In this document: piece after piece, positions 20,710 through 32,866 of the stretch
Layout: each line of letters starts with the position of its first letter
Numbering within the stretch: position 1 is the stretch's first letter
Assembly: GCF_011745625.1 (NCBI RefSeq)
Contig: NW_027191453.1
Coordinates: forward strand, 992,001 to 1,056,000
Direction: 5' to 3'
DNA: 64,000 bases
Source of the DNA: Cladosporium halotolerans
Lineage: Eukaryota
Translations under genes and position numbers: made by a program
Notes under the pieces: model-generated
Databases searched by the model: none
Told to the model about the DNA's origin: nothing
Seen by the model: the letters and a program-made list of their open reading frames with translations, nothing else

Positions 20710-23700
20710 TCACCCCCTGGACGGCGAGTTGGCACCCCGAGGAGTCGGGTCGGGATCGAGCTCGCCGCCGCTGCCGCCGCCGGTGGGAGTCAGCGTGGCT
20801 GGCCGGGGGGTCGCGTCGAGGTCAGTCTCCGTGCCGCCGGAAGGCGTGCTCAGCAGACCACTGCCGTCCGCGTCCTGCACGACCACCGTCGACTTGTCGC
20901 CCGGCGCCTTGGGGAAGACGACGGGCGGCGTCAGGTGGCCGGAGCGCTCGACTTCACCGGCGCTCAAGTTGTCGTCCAGCTCGTGCTCCTCCTCCTTGAT
21001 CGTGCCGGCTTCCTCGACGCCGCCCTCGGCCGCGCGGGCGGAGCTCTCCTTCAGCGCCGCGATGTCTTCGTTAGAGATCACGCTGCCTTGCGAGTTGGTG
21101 CGCATCATCTCGATGCCGAGACGGGAGGCACGCTTCTCTTTGCGCTGGCGCGCGGGCGAGCGGTAGCGCACGTGGCTGCTGTGGCCGAGCTCTTCGTCTT
21201 CGTCGTCGCCGCTTTCGGCTGCGGATTCTTGGCGGACTTTCTCGAGAGAGCGCCGTTTGGCTTCGATGGCTTCCGTCGAAGGTTGCTTGCGAGGTGCGCG
21301 GTGTTCTGTGTCTTCCGTTGGTGTCTCGAGAGCAGCAGGCGCGGAGCTTTGGGGGCTGAGTTGAGCTGGTGGCGGCGAGAGGCTGGACTTTTGCTCGGGC
21401 TCGGCCGTAATGTTGCTGTTGTTGGAGATGCCCAAACCACCGAAGTTGCGCTCAAGGTCAGAGTCTGTGTACTCGAGTGTAGGCTGGCGGCTAATAATGC
21501 GAGGAATGCTGTCAACCCGAGAGCCAATCGAGCTGACTGACCCGATCGAGTTCTCGCGCTCCGAGAACGTCGTCCATGCTGTCGACGCCGTGCCGTCCTT
21601 GTTGGAAGACACGTTCGTGCTTGTGGGACTGCAAGCGTCAAGTGAGCCCGAATGTGTCGCAGGCCGTAGCTGCGATAGAGGGAACGACTGCCCTTGCGAG
21701 TTCGGTCTCCAGCCCTCTGGCGCCGGCTTCCACTGGCACAGCCTGCCCATGACTTCCTCGAGCTTTTCTCTGGTCGGCGGCTTCTCCACCAGGGCATCGA
21801 AATGGTGGGGCGCTTGAAGATCCTTCAGATAACCAGTGACTGCAACAATAGGTGTATGGGAGTTTGCGATCTTAGTGTCTCTGATCATGCGAGCCACATC
21901 CGCGCCGTTGACTTGAGGCAGCTTGTACTCCATCATGATGATATCGTATTTGATGTCGCTGCTAGCGTAGCGGAGAGCGTCACGCCCGTTGGTCACAGTG
22001 ATGGTTCGGCAGCGCAGCTTCTCCAGTAGACGTTCCATAACCAGACGCGAGACTGGATGATCCTCGCAAACAAGCACATCGAGCGTGCGGAAACTGGGGC
22101 CGTCTCCGAGGCTGACCTGAGAAGATCTCCTTAAGCTTTGGCGACGCCTTTGTACCCGCAGCAGAGCGTTTTGGCGACTGTCCTCATTGTCGGAAGACGA
22201 CGGCGAGACATTGAACACGCCGCTCCGACGTTTGTGATGACTTGGCATGAGCTCTGGAAGCAGATCGCCATCCTGTGATCCAATGGTGTGTGATCTCTGC
22301 CGGGCGGGTGACGAACTGCTCGCCTGCCTTTGCCTGGCCAACTCTTGCGTGATTTGGCTGGCACCAGATTTGTTGACCTTGATCGGCGAAGGCGTTCCTG
22401 ACATCTTGAATCCTCCAGGTAAACGAGGAGGTCCTTGCTCGAAAAAGTTGCCAGGCTGTAGCGACGAATTGCTTTGCTGCAATTGTTGCGAGATACCTGA
22501 GGCTCCGCTGGAAGTCTTCCTCCGTTCGTGGTTGTTGCCTGCGCTGAACGAGACTAGCAATGGAGATGATGGCTGTGAAGCTCGGCTTGGGGAAGAGTTG
22601 GCGTGGCTGAGCAAAGACGGCGACTGTGACCGCTGGTGTCCCTTGTTAGAAGACAGAGTACGCTTCAGAGGACCCGGTGCTATCGGGCTGGATTCGAGAG
22701 ACGGGCCTGGAGAGGACGAAACCGCCGGCGAAGAAACGCCAACGCCCGCCGCAGTCTTAGCCTGAGCTTGCATGGCGTCTGCTCGCAATTTCTGGATGAC
22801 ATCTTTGTTCGCCTTTTCGAGAACAGGCAAGTTCTTGTACTGAAACGCGCCAAAGTCATCCGTCACGGCCGGTTCACTGAGCCTGCGCGCACGGTGGTCT
22901 CGAACGTGAGGTGGGATGTGCAGGGGCATGAGATTACGCTTAACAGCGGCGTTGACCTGACTTCTGACTCTGGAGAGCGCATCGTGTGGACGGTCGGGAT
23001 AGTCAGCGCCAGGCGTGCCCGTGGGGGATGACGATTGATCTTCGAACTCCGCGGCGAAGTTCTGCATTGTGGCGCCACGGGCATCGAAGTACTCGGTATC
23101 CTCTGGGTTCTCAGCCGCAGGAATGAACGCTGCTTCATCGTCTCGCAGCGTGTCCCAATTGATCTCTGAAAACCACGGGTGGGCTTTGATCTCGTCACCA
23201 CCGCTAGGGTACTTGTCTTCTTTGTTCGAGCCAAGACGCTCCTTCGGGTCAAGACAAAGTAGCTTATTGATCAGATCCTTCGCATCCTCGGAGGCAAAGT
23301 CTTCATCCTCATCCTCAGGCCACTGAATGTTGCGGGCGAGGATGTTCTTGAATACCTCATCCGGCGTGTCCGCGTTGAAGGGTGGTCGTCCGTACAAGCA
23401 CTCGAAGATGATGCAGCCGAGTGACCACCAATCGCTCATTTCGTCTTGGCCGGAGCCGTTGATGGTCTCAGGCGCAAGGTAATCGGGCGTACCCACGAAT
23501 CGCCTGCTGCTATCTTGCGGATCGAAAAGCGCCATCATTGGGGGTGGCATAGTGGATTGCTGAGGAGGCGTTTCTACACGCCCTGATTGACTTGGCACAG
23601 GCTGCAGTCCGTACGGATCGGGTGATTCAGCCGCTTCTTCGTCGGCCGCTTCTTCCTCGATCGGAGAACGTCCGTCAGCGACAGAGAATCGTCGGAACAT

Positions 23701-26700
23701 AGATGCTAGCGCTTCGCTGTCTCCGCTGTCGCTTCGTTGTCCAGAGGTACGCCGCGAAGGCTCACGGGAAGGTTCACGGTTTAGACTGAAGTATGAGGGC
23801 TGCGACATCTCTGGGTATGGTGTCAGGGCTGGAGTTTGGCCAGGAGAATTGTTCCCGGCGTGGAAATCGAAGGAAGTAGATCTAGAAGAGGTAACAGATG
23901 GCGCCCTCTTGAAAGGTCCCTGTTTGAGGAGATCCGGTGGTACATCGCCCGGTTTGGCGTTGAGCACTCGCTTCTGACGTCCGATCATACCCATGCGCGA
24001 TAGTCCAAAATCCGTGAGCTTGAGGTGGCCTTTAGATTCGATGAGCAGATTGTCGGGTTTGAGATCACGGTGGACGATCTGCCGAGCGTGCAAATGCTGC
24101 ACGCAGAGCACGACCTCCGCCATGTACTTTTGCGTCCAGTCCTCGGGCAAAGCGCCAAGGACCTTGATAAGGGATGCACAGTCGCCACCGTTGAGATATT
24201 CCATCACGAGGTAGAGGTAGTCTTTACTCGAAAAAGTCCAGTAAAGCTTGGCAACGAAATCGCTCTCGCCTTGCCACATCATGATAGCTCGCTCAGCCTT
24301 GACGTTGGTGACCTGGTTCTTGGCAACCATATCCCCCTTCTTCAATACCTTAATGGCGTAGTAGTCTCCCGTCGACTTCTTCTTCGCGAGATATACACTG
24401 CCGAATGCACCCTTACTAATGGGCTTGATGATTTCGAAGTCCTTGATAGAAGTCTGTACAGCGCGAGGTTGAGGTACAGTTGAAACAGCTGAGAGTCGAG
24501 GAGACGAAGGTCTACCAAGTGCGTCCGATAGTGCCGCGGAAGATTGTCGACGGTGGTGGTGTGTGTGCTGGGCTCTGATGACGGGGGATGTGAATTCGCT
24601 AGTCGTTAAAATGGGCGAGGCGATAGGCGAGGGCACACTATCCGCGGTGCTAGACATCCGTGGTCTCGACATTCTAAGAGGAGATGACGGTCCTGGAGGC
24701 ACTCTCGCCGGTGATTGGTGCCGACTAGAAGCAGACAAGCTTGGGAGTACGAGGCTCTTGCGCTTTCGCTCACGTGATCTATGGCTTGCCATCCGGCTCA
24801 AGCTGAGGTCGGCTCCAGGAGAGTCCGAACGCCTGTAGCTGCCAGACGCGATGGAGGAACGCACACTGCCGTCACTCTCTGCACCTGTATCGCTCTCCAA
24901 AGCGATTGAACCTCGCTTGTGGAAGTGATACGGTTCCGAAGTTGATGGTGCGCCGCCATGGGATTTTGGTGTGATCGCGCCTGCTTGAGGGCTGCTTGCT
25001 CGAGATGAGCCTGCTGGTGATACTTGTCGCGAGAGATTTGGATCCGGGCTGTTGCGAAGTGCCATTGCCATTGCAGAGGTCGAGGGTGGTCGTGGGTATG
25101 AACCGGACATTGACGAGACCTCTGACATGAGATCCGGCTCAGACGGCGGACCTGGGACCTGTGGTGTTTGCATCGGCACCGGGCCTTGAAGATTCTCAGA
25201 GCTCTCGCTAGAGTCGCTGATCTCTCCAGCAGCAATACGTGCCGCCTTCTCCATCGCCGCCTCAATGCATTCCTGAACCAAAACGTCGTACTCAACTCTG
25301 ATGCGCTCCGAGTACTCCAGAATTTGCCGGTGGCGGAAAACCGCATCTACCTTTGTTCGTGCCAATTGCGAGGTCTCTTCGCACAGCGCAGCGAGACCCT
25401 GCTCATTTTCGAGAGAAGTCGCGCTTGGTGACTGCCACTGCAAGACCTGCTGGATCCGACCCTCGGATTGAGGAGACAATGTTCTCATTTCACCAGGAGC
25501 CCAATTCTTCGTGTCTTTGATTGCCGGTGTGCTGATTTCCATGACAGTGTCACACAAGTCCATGACTAGCTCCACGATCCGTGCCAGGGGTCTACGCACG
25601 GCGAACGAGCGAGCACGGCTATGTCCAAATCCAGTGCGCGAAGAGTCCCTAGAACGATTCTGGACTGCAGGGGAAGCTCGGCCAGAAGAAGGGTTCGATG
25701 GAGGATTCGAAGATGATCCGATTGGCATGCCTTTGTACTCTGCTGTAGGCGCTGGTGCAGGCGAACCCTCATCTGACGTGGCACTTTTTGCGCGGGCTTG
25801 AGCTTCCAGGGCGTCAAGCACTTTCACAATGGCACCTCGTTGCTCGTTTAGCGACTCTTGAGCCATTTGGACCTCCATCTCGGCATGATGTTCTTGAGAG
25901 CAAAGTTCCGTGTGCTTCTCAAACCACCAGGGTGTGATTTGGCGTTCACAAAGTCGACAAAGAATCGGCATGGGGGGCGGGTGGCTTCCAGGGTCGTTTA
26001 CTCCAACGTCGGCAAGAAGAGTAAGGTAATTGGCCAGAATCTCCGCACCAATTCCAAGAGAATCGACGAGCACGGGAGGGAGGTCGATGGTGATCTCGCG
26101 TGAGATCACAGGCTTGATCATCCACATAGTATGGCTCTCTTCACCTGTAGTACGGTCGTAGACCAACATGCCCTGGGCTTCGAGATCGACGGCCTGGGGC
26201 TTCTCGTCCGGCTCTTGTTCTGGCTTGGCGGCTTTCTCCTCCTCGTTACCCTCATCTTGTACCTCTTGATCAGTGGACATTTCGTTCTCGTCCTTGATCG
26301 GCTTCTCCTCAGCATTGGGTTTCAAATCATTCAACGAATCTGGCTTAGGCTCTGCCTCTGTCGCTTCCACGGTTTCCCGGTCGGTCCAAAAGTTGTCCGG
26401 CAGCTTCACGGCAAACCTAATAATCTTGCTTTTCGAGTCGTCCTGGCGAATGGCATCGACGCAATCGGAGAAAACGGTTGGATTGTCGACCAACATTTCG
26501 CTGATCGGCTTACCGATAAGGCTAGCCGCGGGGTGTCCGGTGAGCTCCTGCCACGACGGGCTCACCCAGCGTACTTTGCCCTCCAGATCCAGCTCCAGCA
26601 TGGCGTTCATCGACTGCTCGGCAGCCTTCTTCAGATCCTCCCGCTCCTCGCGAATGTCCATGCTTATCGTCCGCTCCATCGGTGTCCTGTTCTGGCCTTC

Positions 26701-26778
26701 CCGCGCGGCGTCTTCTTTGATCGCCGCCACGGCAGGCGGCACAAGCATGCCCTGCTGCTGGGGCGGTGCGTCGGCCAT
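20710..26778 (-). CDS. RIM15: Rim15/Cek1 (Greatwall-like) Ser/Thr kinase with PAS, C2HC, split kinase and receiver domains, ~2022 aa, intronless
   Basis: Kinase motifs KPISKGAFGSVY, HRDLKPDN, DFGLS and, after a long insert, FVGTPDYLAPE. CRLCERQITPWWFEKHTELC zinc finger, N-terminal PAS-like region, C-terminal receiver (VLVCEDHPVSR). First in-frame ATG at 26778. Confidence 0.95.
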   Translation of the reverse strand: MADAPPQQQGMLVPPAVAAIKEDAAREGQNRTPMERTISMDIREEREDLKKAAEQSMNAMLELDLEGKVRWVSPSWQELTGHPAASLIGKPISEMLVDNPTVFSDCVDAIRQDDSKSKIIRFAVKLPDNFWTDRETVEATEAEPKPDSLNDLKPNAEEKPIKDENEMSTDQEVQDEGNEEEKAAKPEQEPDEKPQAVDLEAQGMLVYDRTTGEESHTMWMIKPVISREITIDLPPVLVDSLGIGAEILANYLTLLADVGVNDPGSHPPPMPILCRLCERQITPWWFEKHTELCSQEHHAEMEVQMAQESLNEQRGAIVKVLDALEAQARAKSATSDEGSPAPAPTAEYKGMPIGSSSNPPSNPSSGRASPAVQNRSRDSSRTGFGHSRARSFAVRRPLARIVELVMDLCDTVMEISTPAIKDTKNWAPGEMRTLSPQSEGRIQQVLQWQSPSATSLENEQGLAALCEETSQLARTKVDAVFRHRQILEYSERIRVEYDVLVQECIEAAMEKAARIAAGEISDSSESSENLQGPVPMQTPQVPGPPSEPDLMSEVSSMSGSYPRPPSTSAMAMALRNSPDPNLSRQVSPAGSSRASSPQAGAITPKSHGGAPSTSEPYHFHKRGSIALESDTGAESDGSVRSSIASGSYRRSDSPGADLSLSRMASHRSRERKRKSLVLPSLSASSRHQSPARVPPGPSSPLRMSRPRMSSTADSVPSPIASPILTTSEFTSPVIRAQHTHHHRRQSSAALSDALGRPSSPRLSAVSTVPQPRAVQTSIKDFEIIKPISKGAFGSVYLAKKKSTGDYYAIKVLKKGDMVAKNQVTNVKAERAIMMWQGESDFVAKLYWTFSSKDYLYLVMEYLNGGDCASLIKVLGALPEDWTQKYMAEVVLCVQHLHARQIVHRDLKPDNLLIESKGHLKLTDFGLSRMGMIGRQKRVLNAKPGDVPPDLLKQGPFKRAPSVTSSRSTSFDFHAGNNSPGQTPALTPYPEMSQPSYFSLNREPSREPSRRTSGQRSDSGDSEALASMFRRFSVADGRSPIEEEAADEEAAESPDPYGLQPVPSQSGRVETPPQQSTMPPPMMALFDPQDSSRRFVGTPDYLAPETINGSGQDEMSDWWSLGCIIFECLYGRPPFNADTPDEVFKNILARNIQWPEDEDEDFASEDAKDLINKLLCLDPKERLGSNKEDKYPSGGDEIKAHPWFSEINWDTLRDDEAAFIPAAENPEDTEYFDARGATMQNFAAEFEDQSSSPTGTPGADYPDRPHDALSRVRSQVNAAVKRNLMPLHIPPHVRDHRARRLSEPAVTDDFGAFQYKNLPVLEKANKDVIQKLRADAMQAQAKTAAGVGVSSPAVSSSPGPSLESSPIAPGPLKRTLSSNKGHQRSQSPSLLSHANSSPSRASQPSSPLLVSFSAGNNHERRKTSSGASGISQQLQQSNSSLQPGNFFEQGPPRLPGGFKMSGTPSPIKVNKSGASQITQELARQRQASSSSPARQRSHTIGSQDGDLLPELMPSHHKRRSGVFNVSPSSSDNEDSRQNALLRVQRRRQSLRRSSQVSLGDGPSFRTLDVLVCEDHPVSRLVMERLLEKLRCRTITVTNGRDALRYASSDIKYDIIMMEYKLPQVNGADVARMIRDTKIANSHTPIVAVTGYLKDLQAPHHFDALVEKPPTREKLEEVMGRLCQWKPAPEGWRPNSQGQSFPLSQLRPATHSGSLDACSPTSTNVSSNKDGTASTAWTTFSERENSIGSVSSIGSRVDSIPRIISRQPTLEYTDSDLERNFGGLGISNNSNITAEPEQKSSLSPPPAQLSPQSSAPAALETPTEDTEHRAPRKQPSTEAIEAKRRSLEKVRQESAAESGDDEDEELGHSSHVRYRSPARQRKEKRASRLGIEMMRTNSQGSVISNEDIAALKESSARAAEGGVEEAGTIKEEEHELDDNLSAGEVERSGHLTPPVVFPKAPGDKSTVVVQDADGSGLLSTPSGGTETDLDATPRPATLTPTGGGSGGELDPDPTPRGANSPSRG

Positions 26779-28226
26779 GCTCGCGGGCGTGGGTGGTGGT
26801 CGTGCGAATGTTCCGAGGGTATCTCCGGCCGCGTGTCTGGGTGTCCCGGAGGAGCAGACCAAAGGAAGCGGTGCTACGCCCGTCTGGCAGGCAGGCCCAT
26901 CGTGACGCGGGATCAGGATGGACGGTGCGTAAGAGGGCACGACGCGGCGTGCGAGCGAGCGGTGGGCGCAGTGCGGGCAAGACCTCGATGTCTTACACAA
27001 AGAACGTCGGGGCGGAGGACGGCAGTGGGTACGTCCGGGCTTGCGAGAGCGCGCGTGGGGCGGCGGGACGCCGGGCAGAGGGATTGGCGGCGCTCTGGCG
27101 GGAGGCAATGCACACGAGTGCGGCGGTATGCGACTGCGCGGTGGGAGGGCCGGTGTCGAGTGAGGTCGGAAAAAAAGAAGGACGGCTCGCGGCGAGAGCG
27201 TCAGGTGGACACGGCCTGGCAGCGGTCGGCGTGCAGTGTGCTGTGCTGCGGTAGGAAGGCTAGAGGCGCGCGCTACGTCGACCCCGCATTTATTAGCTGC
27301 TTTAACGTGCTCGGGACGGGCGGGCAGCAGCAGCACGGGCAGATAGCGATGGCTACTTGTCTCGCGAGTCGAATGATGGCAACGGAGCAACAGGTACGGG
27401 TGGACTTGATATTGGAGAGTTCGCGAGGCTCGCAGGCTGCCTGGGCCTACTTATCGCCTGGCCCATCGCCCATTGCCAGCTCTCGCGCGGGTGGACCGCT
27501 CGTGCAGCCACGGCACGTCTATCGCCTCGTCAACAGCCAACCTGCGCTCGGTGTGACCCCTGCTCGCTTTGCCTGGGCCAGCATTCTTCTGCACTTTATC
27601 GTTTCATGTCCGCCCGCCCATCCCGGCCGCGCCGCTCAACCACCAAGGCCGCTCTGCACGTCGGCGCCGTGCGAGCAGTCGACCGGCTTCGAGAAGAAAA
27701 CGCACGGCTCCCGCGCACGACCGGCATGTGCTCGTGAGCCTGTCATTCCCTGCTGTGCTTCGACGAGGCGTCCGTGACTCAGCCACCAAAAGGGCCCTGC
27801 CGTCAAAACAAACATCCAACTCTCGTGCTCACGCAGATGACTCTCGCCTGGACAGACTTGCATTGTAGATCTCTTCGGTCTGCCGTGTTCGCCGCGTAGC
27901 TGGATCGTAGCGGAAGCACGGCTGCGATCCTTGCCCTTGACGCAGACTTCTGGACACCTCCGGAACACGGCTGTGACGGCTATTGTGGATTGCTAAGCAA
28001 CGTGCGTGACAGACATAAGCTTCGAAGGAATGTTGGACAACAACGCCAAAAGGCTGTCCCGAATTCTGGTTTCCTATGACAGAAACAGTTCGCGAAAATC
28101 TTCTGTGAGTGTTCGCTTCGGCTGACCTACACTTTGCGTTTGTTTGACAAAGATTTGTGGTACTGCAAAATCAAGAAAAACCGCATCGGTCAAAACATCC
28201 CATCTCCAGCTGCTTCCTCTATACCC

Positions 28227-29806
28227 CTACCAAGATGCATCCAAAACAGGCGGCAGCCTCATCCTCCCCCTCACCAACACCCAAGCCCAAATCCCATCCA
28301 CAATCAAAATATCCACAAAGCTGAACACCAAACTGCCCCCAAACACCACCGAATGGTACGTCCAGGCGTCCTCCGCCGTAATCCCAATCCGCGTGACCGC
28401 CACCGCCCACGGCAGCACCCAGCAGAGATTACTCACGAGCGACTGGTAGAGGTACCAGCGCGGCCGCGAGGCCAGCAGCACCGTCGCCAGCTGCGTCGAC
28501 AGTGCATAGAACACGTAGCACCAGTCGATCGTCTTCCACATGTGTTCCGTGATGCGCGCGACGGCGGGCGAAGCGGAGAGGTAGAGCGCGAAGCGCCGCG
28601 CGCCGTAGAAGGAGAGGAACAGGCAGAGCGGAATCTCGATTGCCAGCGCGATGAGGCAAGAGAGCAAGGCTGGTTTCGCGATCGCTGGTGGATGTCAGAA
28701 ACAAGTACTCAACTTATGGTGAGCAAGGAGTTGTGGAACTCACCCGCCAGCTGCCGCCAACTCGCCCGTGGCCGTCGCACAACAACGCCCACCTCCCGCC
28801 GCCACGCGCCCCACGCGTGTCCGACGAACGCCAGCGATATCGCCTCCAGAGCTTGCACGGGCACCATCACCAGGCCCCAGCGGATGGTGTTGAAGACGCC
28901 CCAGGCCGTCGCGTAGTCCGATCCTAGCGCGACAATGCCGCTGACGAGCCATAGGTACAGCGCGTTGCGCACGGCGGACTCGACAAAGGTGTAGAGACCG
29001 GGGCGGAGGAGGATTTTGAGGCCTCGGAGGGACGGGCGGCTGGATTCTGCGGTGTTGAGAAGGCGGCGTTCGCGGCTGGTTGTCCAGAGGAAGTAGGCTA
29101 GGCCTGCGAGGGAGGCGGCGAGGTTGCAGGCTAGCTGTGTTGCGGCTTGCGTGTTGACTGTGGGTGTGACTTTGGGGATGTGGAATTTCGAGATTAGGAT
29201 CATGTCGAGGACAATGTTGACGGTAAACTTGACTGAGCTGATGACCAGCGGGACGTCTGGTTTGTCGAGCGCTCTGGTTGAAGCCGAAACGGCCGTCTCG
29301 ATCGTGGACGAGAGCGCAGAGAAAGCCGCGATGCGGACGTAGTCAACCGAAACGGCTCTGGTCACTTCGGGTACGAATGCGTTCGCGAATTGACGAGCCG
29401 CGCCCGCGAAGACGATGGACATGATCAGGCCGAGAATAGTCTGCACCGTGATGAGGGTGTTCGACAGGCCGTGCCTGGCGGTCAAAGACCGGTTGGACTT
29501 GTCGGCGATGATGTTCCAAGCGGCTCGCGGAAGACCTTCATTGAGGACCTCGATCACGACGCCAATGTACGTATAGGCGTCTGTCGTCGCAACCATAGAG
29601 GAGTCGATATTCGCCACCCAAAGCTTGCTTAAAGTCCCGTAGAGCGCCGGCAAGATGAAAGCCGATGTGTTGAAGAGGAGACTGCCGGTGTAGGTTCTGC
29701 GGCTCCATGGTTTGACATTAGTATTGAAGACGCCATTTGGAGTGTCAGATCGCTCGTCAGCCTCGGTGGCCGATTCGTCGACGGCGAAGAAGTTCTTCCA
29801 AGGCAT
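28227..29806 (-). CDS. Polytopic membrane protein, MATE/MOP-superfamily-like transporter
   Basis: Multiple hydrophobic helices; MATE-like segments (YVRIAAFS...[28 protein letters not shown]). Intron 28685-28743 joins ORFs 28709-29806 and 28227-28667 in frame. Confidence 0.75.
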
Positions 29807-30868
29807 GTTGTTGAGCTGAGGAAGGGAGCACAGTGCTTGTAGAAGACTAGGCTGAGAGAATGACGGTGACGAGAGTCTTCATTTGGAGCGACTTGTTCGA
29901 AGTCTCAAGACGGAAGTTTCACTTCCTTGTATCGGCTGTGAATGCATTTGTTACACAAAAGCAGTATCGAAAAAGAGAAGGTGAGACAGCAAACCACACC
30001 ATCTCGATGTATCCACGTGTGGACGCCACGACAGCACATATCATGCGTATATATTCACCGCGGTAGTAAGGCCATCTTCTTACTGGTCTCGCTATCGCTC
30101 GGTTAGAGTGCATACAGCTACTTGCAGCACAAAGAGGGGGAAACAAGCGAAGAGTTGATCAGCCGCTTTGCAAGGGTTAGGAGTGCCAACGCGCATCGAT
30201 AGCCGCCACGATGCAGGACGGATGCCTCGATCGCCATCTTTTATAATATTGAAGGTGGACTCTAGCGGGCGGGCGGATTTCTTCTGCTGTAAAGACTTTG
30301 GAGCGGACTAAATGATGGACTGCATAATGATGCAGTGATCCATCGGATACTAATTGTACTTAATGACATGACTATATGTCCTGTAAAGACATATGAATTG
30401 CATGAATCAGGACGTCTTAAATGCCGCGATTGCTATGAGTTAATGCACATCGACATGATGTATCTTTGCTCGCCGAAGAACCCGCTGTTTTAGGGGCCTC
30501 GCGGGAAAGCATCTGTCAGAGGGGCCATTGAGTGGATGGAATTGGAACCCAGTTGTCCCGAATTATGGATCTGCTGAATCATTAGATATTGTTGCTTTGT
30601 TGGCCGAGGCTTCAGGCTCGAATTGCTTGCAACTCACGCCATGAAGTATTCCGCTAGAAGCTGGAATGGATCAACTGCTGTGACTGTAACTGACCAGTCC
30701 AGATGTGTCGCAGCTGCGATATGCCAGTCTTGATGGCTCGAGTTCCCCATGAACAGGTTTGGAGTTTCGCCTCTAGTCACCAGGCTTCCACTTCATGGTT
30801 TTCGGTGCCTGCGGAGACTCGTCGTCCGAAGCACAAATATCATCATCTTGCTTCGACTGCTTCTTCTA

Positions 30869-31608
30869 TTACTTCTTCTCGTCCTTCTTCATCAATGAAT
30901 CAGCATACTCAGCAGGCCCATTGTCAGCCTGCTTGCGTTTCTTCTCTATTAGCTCATCGATCGCGGCCTTGCTCTCCGGGCTCATCTCGACTTCGCCATC
31001 AGCCTCGTTCTCCGCAGGATCCACGGCCGCCAGACAGACAGCGATGGCAAAGTCGGCCTCGTGACTGATACTGACTTGGACGATTTGCCCAGTCTCATCC
31101 TCGTCAATCTCGGCATGCGGCTGGAGATGCAGTTCCGGTTTCTGAGGGAGACGGCCGGGATGTGCCGGCCGATCCAAAATGACGCCGAAGACGTTGGCCC
31201 CCTTCTTGTGTCTGCGGACCTGGACCTCGCTGTAAACGAGTTTCCGTTGCGAGACCGCTTTTATCATGGCTTCCTTCGCGGCCCATCTATAATGTCGCCG
31301 TGTTAGTCAACCGAGACTGTGGCCCCTTGGACGCGGCTGTTGCTCACTCACCTGCCCGCAAGATGAGTTGAGACAATCTCCAGGGTTTTGTCTTGTGGTG
31401 ACCGCCAGTATCTACCGTCAAGGCTGGATGCCTCCTGCAGCGATTTCCCGAAACGCGCGTAGAATTCGTGCTGCTCGCGAGGTGTGAGGAGTCTCTTTAG
31501 GAATTTGGCGAAGCCCATGCGGTTTTGCACGAGTTTCGCGATGCGGGGCACATGGATGATGTCGGTTCCCACGGAGAGATTTGGTAAAAAGGGACGGAGT
31601 TTCGGCAT
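30869..31608 (-). CDS. PPT2: AcpS-type 4'-phosphopantetheinyl transferase (mitochondrial holo-ACP synthase)
   Basis: VGTDIIHVPRI, HLAGR|WAAKEAMIKA and VSISHEADFAIAV. Intron 31287-31351. Confidence 0.88.
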
Positions 31609-31996
31609 GTTTGAGCAAAGAGCGAATGAGATCGTTGGACGTACTCGTAACTTTACCTATACATTACAGGCAAAGACGGGTGCGGAGCGGAGGTGGATAG
31701 GCGTCACGTGATTTCAAGGGAGTTTGGCAGCGGTATGAGATGGTCAGATGACTTATCGAGCGTATGGACGACAAAATCGATTCTGTTGGAACAATAGATC
31801 ATGCATAAGGACTCTGGAAAGCTGCGTGGTTGATCGAAGCAGATGCTGCCGCTTTAAGGTATATTTACAGGTGAGCTCGTGGTTGACTCACGTGACTCTG
31901 ATAGTCGAATTCACAGAATCAACCCATTGAAAGCTCTACAACGGACACATCTTCTCCATCTGAACACCATCTCAGAGCCAAGGTCAATAGATAGAC

Positions 31997-32441
31997 TCAG
32001 TGCTTTCCTTCCCGCTTCGCGTTGTCACCCTCAGCTTCCTTCAGGAATTGCCTTCGCAATCGGTTAGCCTGTGATGCACACATGGTCGATACTGCAGAAA
32101 AGAAGTGGCGCAGTATCCTGGATGATGCCATGTACGTACTGGATGAAGTCCTCCTCGCCCTTGCTGGAGGCGTTGATGGGAGGGCCCTGCTGAGCGACCT
32201 TCTTGCTGCCGCCGGACAGGAGGAAGACACCACCGAACATGGTGCCGAGAACACCCATGGCGAGCTGTTACGCAGCATGTCAGCCGTTGTTCCTTGATCG
32301 TATTCGCATGTGTCCCATTCTCTTTCCATGTTCCCCCTCGTTTCAAGATGCGGGCGCGGAAAGGGTCTCTCGTCCGGAGGATTGACGTACGTGGTGGGAG
32401 CCGACCTTGCCGAGGGCGGGGAGCTGGTAGTAGACGACCAT
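31997..32441 (-). CDS. ATP19: Mitochondrial ATP synthase subunit k, 76 aa
   Basis: Spliced product MVVYYQLPALGKVGSHH|LAMGVLGTMFGGVFLLSGGSKKVAQQGPPINASSKGEEDFIQ|QFLKEAE.... Exons 32391-32441, 32140-32264 and 31997-32051. Confidence 0.9.
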
Positions 32442-32866
32442 GTTTGCGACGGTTTGGTGTGATTGAAGATGGGTTCGGAGGGTGTGGTTGACGTCGGGAG
32501 AGCTGCTGGTCGACGAGTTCGCCGTCGTCCGGAGCGCAGCATTCGGGAGAAAGCCGCGCGCGAAGAAGCCGGCCCGGGCCTGCCGCCGCGATTGGCGACA
32601 GCTGCCCGCCCGGCGACCCAGGCGTCTCGCGAGACCGCGCGCTTGCCGTCATGTTCCGAGGCGTAAGTGGCAGCTCTCACATCATCGTTACTGCTGACGG
32701 GCGATCCTGCTTTCGATAGCTGCGCATAAAGTATATTCGTAGATACTCCTCGCACAAACCCACTAGGTATCTTCGAGCTCACAGAAGCCTTGACTGCACG
32801 GCAAGTACTCGCAAAGCACCCTACACACATACACATTCGCATAGAAGGTCGAAGGTCTATCTCACC

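Noticed and set aside
26131..27777. 548-aa ORF antisense to RIM15, and similar antisense ORFs at 1196-2122 and 56047-57540
   Set aside because: Shadow frames of GC-biased coding sequence with no recognisable motifs.
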